A stretch of DNA of 64,000 bases from Haliotis rubra (lineage: Eukaryota), in the NCBI RefSeq assembly GCF_003918875.1, contig NW_025767179.1:1736001-1800000 (forward strand). Direction: 5' to 3'. The translations under genes were made by a program, and so were the position numbers. The notes under the pieces are model-generated. The model ran no database searches and was not told where the DNA came from. It saw only the letters and a program-made list of their open reading frames with translations. Shown here in pieces: positions 41,300 through 53,200 of the stretch; positions within the stretch are counted from its first letter, which is position 1; each line of letters opens with the position of its first letter.

Positions 41300-41900
41300 A
41301 CCAAACGCGGAGAGAGAGTCTTGTATTTTGGAATTTCTAAATTCGTATACCATAAGAGTGATTCAAATGGCACTTGTTGCGAGTGAGTCCATGTTGTTTA
41401 ATGCCCATTTAACTGTGGTCCTGCATTATTGCCAGATTCTGTCCCCAGTCAAGTCTTCATCACACAGATCTGAGACACTGAGCACGGGAATAGCATCAGA
41501 GTCAAACAGTCTGTGCATCCGGTCGCCCATTTTGGTAATGTCTGGCAAGAAATATCCGGTACGGGAATTATATTCTGTCCCGGGATTTCAGCAGATATGG
41601 AACGTGAAGCAGTTTGTGTCATCTGAAACCCCTTGAAGGTTTAAGACACTTATCACCAGGGCACTCCACGAGACGAAAACATAGTCATGCATCAAATTAT
41701 CGAACTGTGCCTGAATGTGGTGTGCGCTGACCGTTCAACAGGCACATCATTGCACATTTGAGCGTTGTCCTTGCTTAAAATCGTTTGAAATGTGAAAGGA
41801 ACTACACAACTTTCAGACACAGATAATACGTTAGAGTGACAAATGAGGGGACTGTGGTAAAACTATCTCTACACATATTTCGTACCTGCATTTCCTCTTC
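41300..41900 (-). pseudogene. Penelope-like GIY-YIG relic
   Basis: LVI motif, Cys-rich linker and QLNGH (R.NGH-like) at 41401-41415. Confidence 0.45.
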
Positions 41901-41904
41901 TTCA

Positions 41905-42262
41905 GTTGGGGTAGTCTAATGGTTAAAGCGTTTGCTCGTCACGACGAAGACCCGGGTTCGATGTCCGGTGTCCCCCGCTGGAATATTTTGCTTAAAACAT
42001 ACACACTCACTCACTCTGAGACCCGTGATGATCCGGATTAGAATTGGTCTTCAGCAAATCTTGCCTTTTGAAAGAGCAACTGACGGTATCGGGTGGTCAT
42101 TCCCGCTGGCCTGGTTGTCATATACATGTCATCTTATCCCAATTGCGCAGATCGATGCTCTTGCTGTTGATCACTGGATTGTCTGGACTCTTTGATGTAA
42201 AGACCCCCGTCATACAGTTGGCATATTGTGGAATCCGGCGTTACTCAAGAAACAAAACAAAT
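41905..42262 (+). mobile_element. Adjacent SINE A (partial) and SINE B
   Basis: Family A head and tail at 41905-42015; family B at 42020-42260. Confidence 0.8.
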
Positions 42263-42449
42263 CTGTTTCTGTGTATTTCACTACACTTCTCCAATCACAG
42301 CCATTAAGTGGAAGTACATATTTTAAACAGATTCACTATTTTATGCATTACAAAATAGACAGACCGTTAAAGGATTAAATTTTAGTACCTATCAAGAATT
42401 CATATACATGTCCTCTTATTCATAACAATCATTTACCTATAAGCTGATT

Positions 42450-44400
42450 GTTTAACTTATTTCTACCTGCACGTCAAATGATGATAAGATTTGAAGAAGG
42501 CATTTGGTATCCAAACTGTGCATGAGTGGGCACATATCCTATGTACAGCACTCGGTTTCTATTTAATGATATTCGAATTTATTATACGCATTAGTGATAA
42601 CGTGTATCAAACGTATATGTATCTACTTTCATGTCCGGGTTTGGCTGCTCCATGGTGAAGGCCTAAGGTCATATGAAGGACGTCTTTCCTGACTACAATT
42701 CGGTGCTATGTTTCTCGTACGCGTGCTTCAGTCGAATTAATGTATGTCTGTGTCTATGGGCAGTTGTAATGGTGTGATTGCGGGGGGTGTAAGACTCTGC
42801 ACTCTTGTCAGTCATGTACTGTTTATCTTTCAATCAGCGTAAACAATGTTTGTTTGAAAAAAGCTAGTTGTAAGATAAATAGCGTCTGACAGACAATCAC
42901 GTAGTAGTCTCTGTGTAGGTGATGTATTCCAAATCTATAATGGAATTAAGGACAGTGAGCGGTCTGATGCAGTTCCAGAGAGTCGCATCTAAGTAGACAG
43001 AGCCCGGTCCAGGTTTACTGAGTGACAGCCTATGACGCCTAAAAAAGGTCAAAAAAGAAGATTTGTTACATCCTTGCAAGTTAGAGTTACCGAAGAGCCA
43101 TAACTCATTCTTTTATCACGTAAAGTTGTAAGTATAACGTTATAAAAGAAACAAAAATTTCAACGTTTTCCTTAAAAAATAGACACTCTCTTGTATATTT
43201 GATATATGTTACTCTCTTGTATGTTACATATGACATTGAAAATACACTTTCCTGTACAGAGTTTGGTACTTTGGGGGTTGAGTGCCATTCCAAATAGAAG
43301 AGACAAAACCCTTCCACATTCATAGGAAATCTCTGCCAAAAGTAGAGTCGATTGTACAGTTGTGACTGAATCACGAGCAGATATTTGTTTCGACAGTATT
43401 ACAGCTGTATGATGTTGTTTGTAAAACAATCGGGTCTGAACCAGACAATCCAGCTATTGTCAAAATGCGATACGATGATACACTCTCAGAGTCTCTATAT
43501 GTGTTACAATGTTAAGATAGACAAAATTGCACCAGATGTGTACAAGATGTGTCAAACTTGCATGATGTTTATTTATGATAAGTAAGTGAGTGAGGTTGGT
43601 CTAACGACTCCTAAAACCCTATTTATCTTCTTCACATCGTATCAGCCTGACTTGGGAGGAACGTCAGTGGTCATGAAAGTCTCCGAACTTGGTGCAGTTA
43701 ACCTTAGAAACATCATTTGGCGAAACTAGGATTCGAACCTTCTGTCTGAGGTTTTAGCCTGCTGTGCAACCAGTGCCCCAACTTATAAGACTAAGGCTAT
43801 TATCAGGACTTTCATCATCAGCCCAGTCTCCGAGAGTACTCGATAAAGGCATGTTTGAATTCAGAAAGCTATTGATATAAAAGAAAAATAATATTTTTAT
43901 CAACGAAAATATACTTAAAATATTTCGTATTACAAATCATAACTTAACACAAGGATAATACTTCATATTTCTTCGGAGTAACAACATGTTGTGTGCTTCA
44001 TGGTAGATAGAAACTCTCCTCCTGAAGGTAAACTATGAACAATTGATGTATAGCAGCAATTGTGTCAGTGCAATCTAAAATATTGTCTTTCTCTATATTA
44101 TAATGTTTAATCTCGCGGGAATGAGACTCGGTGACCTGAAAATGTGATTTTATGTCATTCGCGTGTGAAGTATTAGAAACTACCCGTTACAATACAATCG
44201 TAGCGAGTACCAGGGGGTCTCAATATGCTATGTCTACGTCCCACAGAGCAACGCGAGTTGTCGCCCTTAACTCTACCGAACACTCTCCGGCTCGTGGGCG
44301 CTGTACACATATTCATGTTGCCCTAGACAACAAGATGCACCGCGTGCAGTATGACAGGACATGATGATTTGTCAGTCAGAGAAGGATAGTCCACTGTTCT
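42450..44400 (-). pseudogene. Decayed Penelope-like RT relic
   Basis: LYT near 43540, FYKQHHTA (FY.Q..GTAMG), FWQRF, and TTLRDKR (T.LYDKR) at 43109-43129. Confidence 0.6.
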
Positions 44401-44517
44401 CGAACTTTGTCTGTGTGCACTTGTGCATTCTCGTATTGCTTACTGCCGCTCACAAGTTCCTGCCTTGCATCAACTCTTCTTTCATATGTAACTAACCTAC
44501 GCTTAAGCCGAATATTT

Positions 44518-44778
44518 GTCCCTAGTATGGTGATCTACCTTCAGTTGTTGGCAATCTATAGCCTGTTTTTATATTGTATTGTCATTTATAGGTAAAAATA
44601 TTTTAGATTTAATTACTAGTCTTAAATTTATTCCTGTGATAATCTAGTTATTTTACTGTCCTTCGTTGACAGGTGTTTTATAATGTAATTGTGTTTATTA
44701 TTAATTTATAACTTTTTAAGTCACAATATGGCTGAAATATTGCCGATGTGACTATAATTTTTAACTCACTCACTCACT
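44518..44778 (+). mobile_element. I-clade LINE 3'UTR fragment
   Basis: Shared 3'UTR and ACTC tail; TSD CTTAAGCCGAAT. Confidence 0.75.
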
Positions 44779-44849
44779 TAAGCCGAATTTAGTGTTATTC
44801 CTGGCATATCACGACAGAGAACGCCTGCAACGGACTTCAAATTCCTTCA

Positions 44850-46250
44850 CTCTGAATCAAACACATCACAACACACTGTCATTACATTATTTTTTGTGTG
44901 AGGCCTAAATGTCCCTTTCAGAGTGCCTTGTTTTAATAAGAAATTGTTTATTAGTGTGCTGCCTTTAGCGCGAATGTTTTTAGTTTTTGTTATTTAAAAA
45001 CTTCATTAGAACTTGATGGTATCGAGCGACAAAGGACGTGTACGTATACGACATATCGAATCTATGGCTGGACCCAAAGTCCATTCCATCCTTGCATCAC
45101 TCAGATGCACATCACAAGTTCCTTCATCTTTGTAAAATGAATTCATGTTTAATCACAACTTGAGCCTTGCTGAAATATTTATTTATGTGAAGCAGTAATT
45201 TTCCTACCATATAATTATCACTTGTCATGCACAGGAGAGGTGTTTTCTGTATATATATGCTTACAACACATGATAGTTCACCTTGTTGCAGATGCACGAT
45301 CTGTGAAATCTATCTCCTCTCAACACCATTATATTGTGGAACATATGGAAAGAAGAGTGAGTGAGTGAGTGAGTGAGTTTGGTTTTACGCCGCTTTTAGC
45401 AATATTCCAGCAATATCACGGCGGGGGACACCAGAATGGGCTTCACACATTGTACCCACGTGGGGAATCGAACCCGAGTCTTCGGCGTGACGAGCGAACG
45501 CCTTTACCACTAGGCTACCCAACCGCCCATATGGAAAGAAGATCAAAGTAATGTAGCTGAAAATACCCGTTAAGTGGATGTCCTTTTATTAAAGTCTATC
45601 TGTCCTGTTCATTTGCTCGCTATAGTTCTCAAGGGTACCTTTAACCTCAGCGAACAATGGACCCTGTGATCGTGTTAATGTTCCCTCCACGATGACATAA
45701 GAGCTTGTTTATAACATGTAAACAGTACCCTAAAAGACATTCATGTGTCACACCTTTTCTGAATGAGTCATGATATGGTATATACACACCACGAAACATT
45801 TCGAAAAGGCAGTTTCGTGAACGTAATAACACTTGCAGTGCTGTATGAGTGTATGGAAAGACAATATCGTCAGAATTAAGAGAGCCAAGGTAGCTTTTAA
45901 ACAGCACTTAAAGTAATAGGAATGTGCATTGAGTCCTTCTCCAGGGCCTTTACTGTGGTTACGTAGCGGAGTACACCAAACTACACGCACACAGGATATT
46001 GTTATTGACAGTTACTGTTGGGTTATGCAATCTCTTCGTAAATACCGTCCGTGTATACCTCTCGAACGAAAGTGAGATATTGGCCAACAAGGAATTGTAA
46101 TGTGTAAGAGCTTCCTTTCTTTCTCAGTCAGTGTTTCTTATAAAACTAATTCTGGAAGATCTGACGCAAGCTTGCGATGTGTTTAAGTGGTTTGTATACC
46201 ATACATGAAACTGTTTGGGATTTAGGATGTATACTGGTGGTGTGTGTGAA
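44850..46250 (-). pseudogene. Decayed Penelope-like RT relic
   Basis: LTEKERKLL, LNSDDIV, VPLRTIAS (45615-45638), FYKDEGT and IRYV in PLE order. Confidence 0.6.
45356..45528 (-). mobile_element. tRNA-derived SINE, family A
   Basis: Full copy; TSD CATATGGAAAGAAG. Confidence 0.9.
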
Positions 46251-46402
46251 TTAAAGTTAAAGATCACCAACTCGTGTATTCGTAAACAAATTCACATAAG
46301 CGTGAGTGACTATGGTTTTAGGACGTTTTTAGCAATATTCCAGAAATATCACGGCAAGGGACAAATTGAATAGAATCCATGTGGGGAATCAAACCCAGGT
46401 GT

Positions 46403-46748
46403 GAATGCCATCCCTCGAGGAGATCCCTCGGGCCTTGCTTCTCATGGTGATTCCACAATCCAGCACGAAACTTGGCATGATCGTCAAGCCAGGTGCTGGT
46501 CACGTAGTCATGGAACTCATCTTTCTGTCGAATGTCAGTGGCATCGTCCATGATCTCAATCCAAGCGTCTTGGACCATGGCTACTGGGAGGAGGGGAAGT
46601 GCTGCTGCTCTTCTTATCCATCAATGAATCTCTGGATCCTGCTGATAGGCTTCACTGAAGCCGATGTTCTGAAGCCTGAGTGTAGAGGAAGTAGCCATGG
46701 TCCAAGACGCATGGATTCAGATCATGGACGACGCCCCTGATATTCGAC
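46403..46748 (-). mobile_element. MULE/Mutator transposase fragment with an inverted segment
   Basis: FHDYVTSTWLD...F..LWNH....PR..LEGWH motif. Inverted repeat 46533-46586 vs 46690-46748. Confidence 0.7.
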
Positions 46749-46999
46749 ATACCACTTTAATGAAAGGTTGAAAGCATTAAATTTGAAAACCATGATTGGT
46801 GCGTAAAGTTGTTTCTATAAGACTGTAGGCGTTATTCCCTGTAGGCATTAGTAGACTCCGTCTGGATGCATGTTGATTCTAATGACTGATTACAGATTTC
46901 TAATGACAGTAAAGGACACTGTAGCTGAGAGTCTAATCCAATAACAGAACACCTAACTTGTTTTCATCGCACAGATGTTCCTTTTTCAGATTGAAACGC

Positions 47000-48600
47000 T
47001 AAAACAAGACCAAATAATTACAAATATTAATTATAGCATCACTCTGGAACAAGAGAAAGTCACGAAAGTGCCGTTTCTGCCAATGTAAACAATTACACAT
47101 ACGTTCCATGAATAGACTCTACAGACCGGTTTACCTCATCAGATACGTTGAACCGAACACAGACAGCTGCTTTACGTACAGCGCTCCTTGACTGACGCCA
47201 CCAAAGTAGGCAGCGGCGAAATCTTTGTACGCAGGCATGTAATCTGAGCATGAAGCAACACTTTACATTATGTTACATAAAGTCAGGTTACCAAAACGTT
47301 TTGGAACAAATCTTGTTATTACAGTACATCCATGCCACAATATAGTTCCTCCTCGTTCGTAGGGCTGTCTGTCTCATATGAGCCTTGCTGTGGTATGATA
47401 CAATAGTTGCAATTATGTATTGTAACTATATAATTACTCGTCTTATATGATTAAAGGATGATCGTAATTCAGTGTTTTAGGTTTGGTTTCAACCTGAATC
47501 TTACAAAAAGGTTTTTGATTGTTATTTATTTTAGAACTTTTTACACAACGAGTGTAATTTTTTGTGGTTTGCAATCGCACTCATGTATCTTATTCTGCAT
47601 GTACGTCGAAATTGAGAACTTTTTGTTAAATATTTATAACTTGTCGCGCAGAAAAGCTCGCTTGATATTTCGAAGTGGATATAATCTTTTAGGAATTCAT
47701 AAAGTCTGCAGAGGATTATGTATAGATTATGATGAGGAGTATTACATGTGAGATACTAAAAATCTGAACACCATGTTGTTAACATCTGTCCTTTATATAG
47801 TTCAAATTAGAAACAGTGTATTTGGCAAACCCACAACTGACAAGCAGACGCTATGCACATCTAGTCAACCTCAGGCATGTGTTAGTATCACGCATGTATA
47901 CTATGACCTATGCATCACATGACCTTGCATCTCAATACACATAGATATGATCCGCATTGTGTCGTAGATGACACGTCATAAGCTTTCTCCCAGGTCTACC
48001 TTGTATGAAGTTGGTAAAATGCTGTTTGCACGTCCTTCATGACGTTGTGGGAATATCTGATGATATCTGGAGTCACTGTTGGTTCGCAGCTGAAGCTTGG
48101 TATAAGCAGACTGCATCTTGTACATGTTTCGTATATATATATATATATAAAGCTTGTAATTAGCTGTCTACTGTGTTATACAGCTACGTAAATAAAGATA
48201 GCCATGCATCTACTTGTTCTACACTGTTTAGTATGTGAAACTGGTAACATTCTCTCCATCGTTTCTGTATCGATTGAACAAACACCAGATCATCCTGCAA
48301 AGGAAGTGAGCACAATGGCGTTCATTTCCCGCCTGAAAGAAACCAAAATCAATGTTTTTTGCGCATGATTTAATGACAGACATCATAGCGTATAGCACAT
48401 TAACATATAGATGGACGGAATGGAATTGATATTGAAGAATGAGAGATAGCATTATGTGTAAAACAAACGTGTGGATGTGGGCATGACTGTTGGCACATTC
48501 CCGTGTGACGGCTACAGCTACGTAGTCAATACACATAATGCAAATAACGGTAACTAAATACATATATGACTACCAAAGAATTCTATAAAAACCGTATCTA
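47000..48600 (-). pseudogene. Decayed Penelope-like relic (weak)
   Basis: FYQL..G..G-like motif near 48000; S.H-like motif near 47730. Confidence 0.3.
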
Positions 48601-48648
48601 TCCAATATAGCGTTTCCCTTCAGAGATGATAATTTCCACTGTTTTGAT

Positions 48649-48817
48649 GGAGTGAGTGAGTGAGTATGATTTTACGCCGCTTTTAGCACTATTCCAGCAA
48701 TATCACGGCGGGGGACACCAGAAATGGGCTTCACACATTGTGCCCATGTGGGGATTCGAACCCGGGTCTTCGGCGTGACGAGCGGACGCTGTAACCACTA
48801 GGCTACCCCACCGCCCC
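48649..48817 (-). mobile_element. tRNA-derived SINE, family A
   Basis: Full copy; TSD CTGTTTTGATGG. Confidence 0.92.
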
Positions 48818-48876
48818 CTGTTTTGATGGAACACACAGACAATTCGATAGCGTGAAAGTTACTGGAGGTGCACAGT

Positions 48877-49411
48877 ATACGTTGTTCACTGGTCACGATG
48901 GGGACCACGATGTACCCTCTGTGTTTGTCTTTGTTTTTTGAGCCCGAAGGGTGAGGTTTTCATAAACACACATAGAGTGGACATCAACCCATGGGCCCCG
49001 AGGGACCAGTGAACAACGTATTTATCTTATCGAACACCTCAATGTTAATTTTGAACTGTTTAAAGCACGAGTATCGGATCATAAGAACGTGTACCAGAGT
49101 TAGGCAATAAGCTAATACTAGGTTTTGAGATGACATCGAATCTAGCAAATAACAAGAAAACCAAATTTAGAGTTATCTCCCTTCCAGCGATTTGAATTTG
49201 CAAAACATCGGTAATTTCCGTACATCATACGTGACTCAGTTATTTGAGATAAAGAATTACTAACACGAAGTAACAAATGAATTTCCACAGTTCGGCATTC
49301 CCAGCGTGTAACATGGAAAATGTTACTCGCTTGTAAGCGGGGTACATTGAAAATAATAGAGCGCTCATCCAATCAGAAATTTATGTCTTTTATATGCGAG
49401 GTAAGATAAAT
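48877..49411. mobile_element. Non-autonomous element with a long terminal hairpin (possibly Crypton-like)
   Basis: About 145-bp imperfect palindrome 48877-49021, then ATTTATCTTA...TAAGATAAAT inverted ends. Confidence 0.5.
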
Positions 49412-49680
49412 TTGTTTACATACACATGTACACATGTTCTCAAAAGTAAATACATACACCAAGATTTAAAACGCCTATCTAATCTCGCATTAACATATAA
49501 ATGGACATGTACTCAATTGCATTACATGTATTTGGAAGGAGTGACTTAAAGTTGCAACTGGGGATATTAAAATCTGTGATCAATTTACATAATGGGGAGA
49601 GTGGATGCCATTATGTCGGCAAACCGATATGTCTTCTTCTGACACCTTCGGACAGATACGACAATGTTTGTTTCAATCCA

Positions 49681-50255
49681 CTATGCGATCTGTTCCGGGA
49701 AAGCGGTAATGAACTCATCTATATAATGATCTATATCAATGACCTTCTCCAGTGCTATTGGTATCAAACTAATTAGCCCTACAAATAATTTCTTTTCACG
49801 CTGATTAATCTTAACTTCCCAGTCTTTGAACCGAACTTTGAGAAGACTGTGGTCTGGTTTAAGGAGTTCTTCCATATCCTTCCTGCTTGCCTTGATCATC
49901 TCCACTTTGTCTTTCTGTTCCTCCGTCTGGCACACTCCGTGAATTTGGGAAAGCCGGTAGCAGAAAACCCTCTCCAAGTTATCAAAGATCTCTTCAATGA
50001 CATCAAGAGTATCAAGATATATGTCGATGGATTCAAATCCTGTTTTCCGGATGCCCTTAGCTACTGTGACAGAGTTGCGGAAGTCACCCAGTGAGTGGAT
50101 TACAGCAACATCATCTGGCAGGATGCGTTTCACGCAGATCATGAAGTCGTCCAGATTCAGCTCGAAATCGTTCTCCATGTCCCTCATCCTCGTGGTGTCC
50201 TCGCCAAGCTGTTTCTGGCAATCCCGGATCTCTTTCAGGATTCGTATGTCATTAG
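49681..50255 (-). CDS. Terminal coding exon
   Basis: ttccag|.NDIRILKEIRDCQKQ...FPEQIA*, open for 191 codons including the stop. Confidence 0.85.
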
Positions 50256-53200
50256 CTGGAACGAAATGCCATCATAATACAGTTACCTTGATGTAACAGA
50301 TGCCATTCATACCCCAACACCGGTTTAAATAATATATTGGTTTGGCTGGCATTGGTAGACGTTGTAATGGTACTTTGGGCAAATATATATTGACTAGATA
50401 ATAGTTACAAGTCCGATCTGGGAGACATAGCATTTTCTGCAGTTAACCCCAAGACTGTGATTCGACTAAGAAGAACGGACTTCACGATATAATGCTAGCA
50501 TTATTCCACTATCATTACCCCTAGATTAGAAAAAAGAGAAGCAATAGAGAAGAACAAGATAATCGGACTTAAAAAATGCACACAGTTGCCCAACATAAAG
50601 TTCCAGAGAATATGTATTCCACTAACATTACATTCTTACGATTAGAAGGGTTGTGCTTCCGGTGGAGAACCCAGCCAAGAGATCAGGAGGTACCACACCA
50701 AGGACACGAAAACAATGGAATCTGAGCCGGTCGGTTATGAGATGCCATCCCTCAACACACTGAAAATGTGTCGATTAGATCATGAGCCATCAGTTCGCTT
50801 GGTTGACACCTATTGACACTTATTTAGGGACAGACAGAAAAAACCCAGGTCTAACGAATCACTCTGAACTCTTCTTCTTCTAATGGAAGTGGGTTTTGAG
50901 GACAGCCCTTGCGATTGCATCTCAAGTGACCTCAAAATCCATTCGTGAGGTAGATAACCGTAAGCTTTTCTGTATTCAATCCAGCACATGAGAGGTTGCG
51001 ATGGTCAGTATGTACTTCTTCAAGGAACATTTTCTTAACCAAGGATTTATCCTTGCAACCCCAACATTCCTTTCTAACCCAATTGTGCTCCTTGTAAATA
51101 ATATTATTCGAGGTGCCGTAGGATGACACAAGATCTGAAAGAATTCCTGTAAATATTTTGCACTGTGCATCCAGACGTGATTATCATATCCATTGGAGCA
51201 ACTTGGAGGTTCAGTGACTGACTCAACAACATGTCGGTCAGACAGACACGAGACAATGATGTTTAAACCCCATAAATATCTGCATTGACCATTCTTATTT
51301 GCATAAGAACACACTATGGTCTGACGCAAATCTACACCACGTAGGCGGTCCGTTTGCAAAAGACAATCTACAGAGATGTGCCATAAGTTTACGAGTAAGT
51401 TAAGCGTTCGAGATGTGAACATTAGGAAGCGTTTTGCAAGGTCCAGGGGTAAACGAAGACGAAGAATTGAGAATGAGAAGAATGGAAAGGAGACAGTAAA
51501 TAATCAAATAGTATAAAAATAACAGTATCCGCTAATGAGGCTGTTCGTATAATGTCAGCCATGTTTGTTCGTAACCGTATGGCACGCTGCTGTTCATACA
51601 CATTTTGACCATGACGATGTAACCGACGAATCTCTACACAAACAAGGGAATTTTTCTTTGCGACATTTGAATCAAACAAGAACGATATACCAATACACAA
51701 GGGATATGTGGTGTTACTCACGGAACTTGGCAATGCTGACTCGCTCACTGGACCTGTTGAGCATCTCTTCTTTGCAATCCACATACTCATCCTCCCACAT
51801 TTTGGCGCGAATAGTCAGTCGAGTCACACAGCATTGCTTCAGTGTGTCGTTGGTGACGAACAGTTCCTGGAACAATGCCGACAATTTGTCCTTCTCCCAA
51901 AGCCTCCAAAGACTCTCCAGACCCTCAAGGTGATCGAAGGTAACTATCAAGATCATACCTTTAAGGAAACCGAAATGAATTACGTTTAAGAGAAAGTAAT
52001 ATGAAGATTTAAATCTGGAGCAAAAAACAAAACAAAACAAAAAACTACCTATTTGGATCGGGACATCAGGCTCGGCAACTTGGCCGGTCATATGACTGTA
52101 CCCCGACGGCGTTGACCGTGACTCATGATATCAATCACTGGTTTCATTATGTACAGGTTTCGTTATACAGTATAACTATTGTTGAGTGTGACTTTAAGTA
52201 ACAAACAAAACAAATTATTTGTTTAAAGTTAAGATACGCATAGGATGCCGTCGGACTTTTCACATTGGTAAAGGGAGTAGTGGTCAATTGTGTAGTGCCA
52301 ACCGGATGATTCACTCGGAACTATGGTTAGGAGTGGCCTCTAATGCATGCAAATCTGGTGTGGAAAATACAATTCAAGTGGAATTAAAACGTGTGTGGGC
52401 CAGTTGGTATCACACACCATTAGATATACATGTACTTCATAAATCCCACAGGGTGTCAACATGACTTGATGAAAGCCTAAATCGATGCAGGTCGTTTTTA
52501 CGTTTACCACCTAAGGGAAACCGCCGACTATGGATATGGTGCCAATAAATTAACATAATCAAGGCGAGCCCGGGATTCGACCCCACATGTATTCTGGCAC
52601 TAAGAGAGGCGCTTGACATGGGGATTGATCGGAGGCGGAAGGTACTATATAGACTGGTATGCTGTATATACTGATAGGGAAAAGGACAATGGTAAATGGT
52701 AATGCTATTTGTTGGTGCGTATATATGAAGGTACGTATATATTGGCATTAGATACTTGACTTGTGTACAGAAACATGGATGCAAACACATGAGACACTGC
52801 CTGTTCATATAAGTCATGACTACATGTCATGAATTCCGGGCAACACACAAACGAGAGCCTGAGTTTGGTAGCCTAATGGAGTTCGCTCGTCACGCCAACG
52901 ACCCGGGTTAGATAGCAAAAATGTATAAAATGTGAGAAGCCCTTTACTGGAGTCCCCCGCCTTGATATTGCTGGAATATTGTTAAAAGCGGCGCAAAACC
53001 ATGCTCTCTGACTCATTCTTTTTCAACAATCAAAGGGTTGAACATGAATCTGTAAGTGATTTCCGTGATTTTAAAGTACTGGCCATGTAACTGTCACATC
53101 TTCTATGTTGCCCTACCTTTCCGTATTTCCTCCAAGATGACCCCTTGAACAATCCTCTACGTTCAAGGGCACCCTTCACCTTCACCAGGTCCACCTCGTA

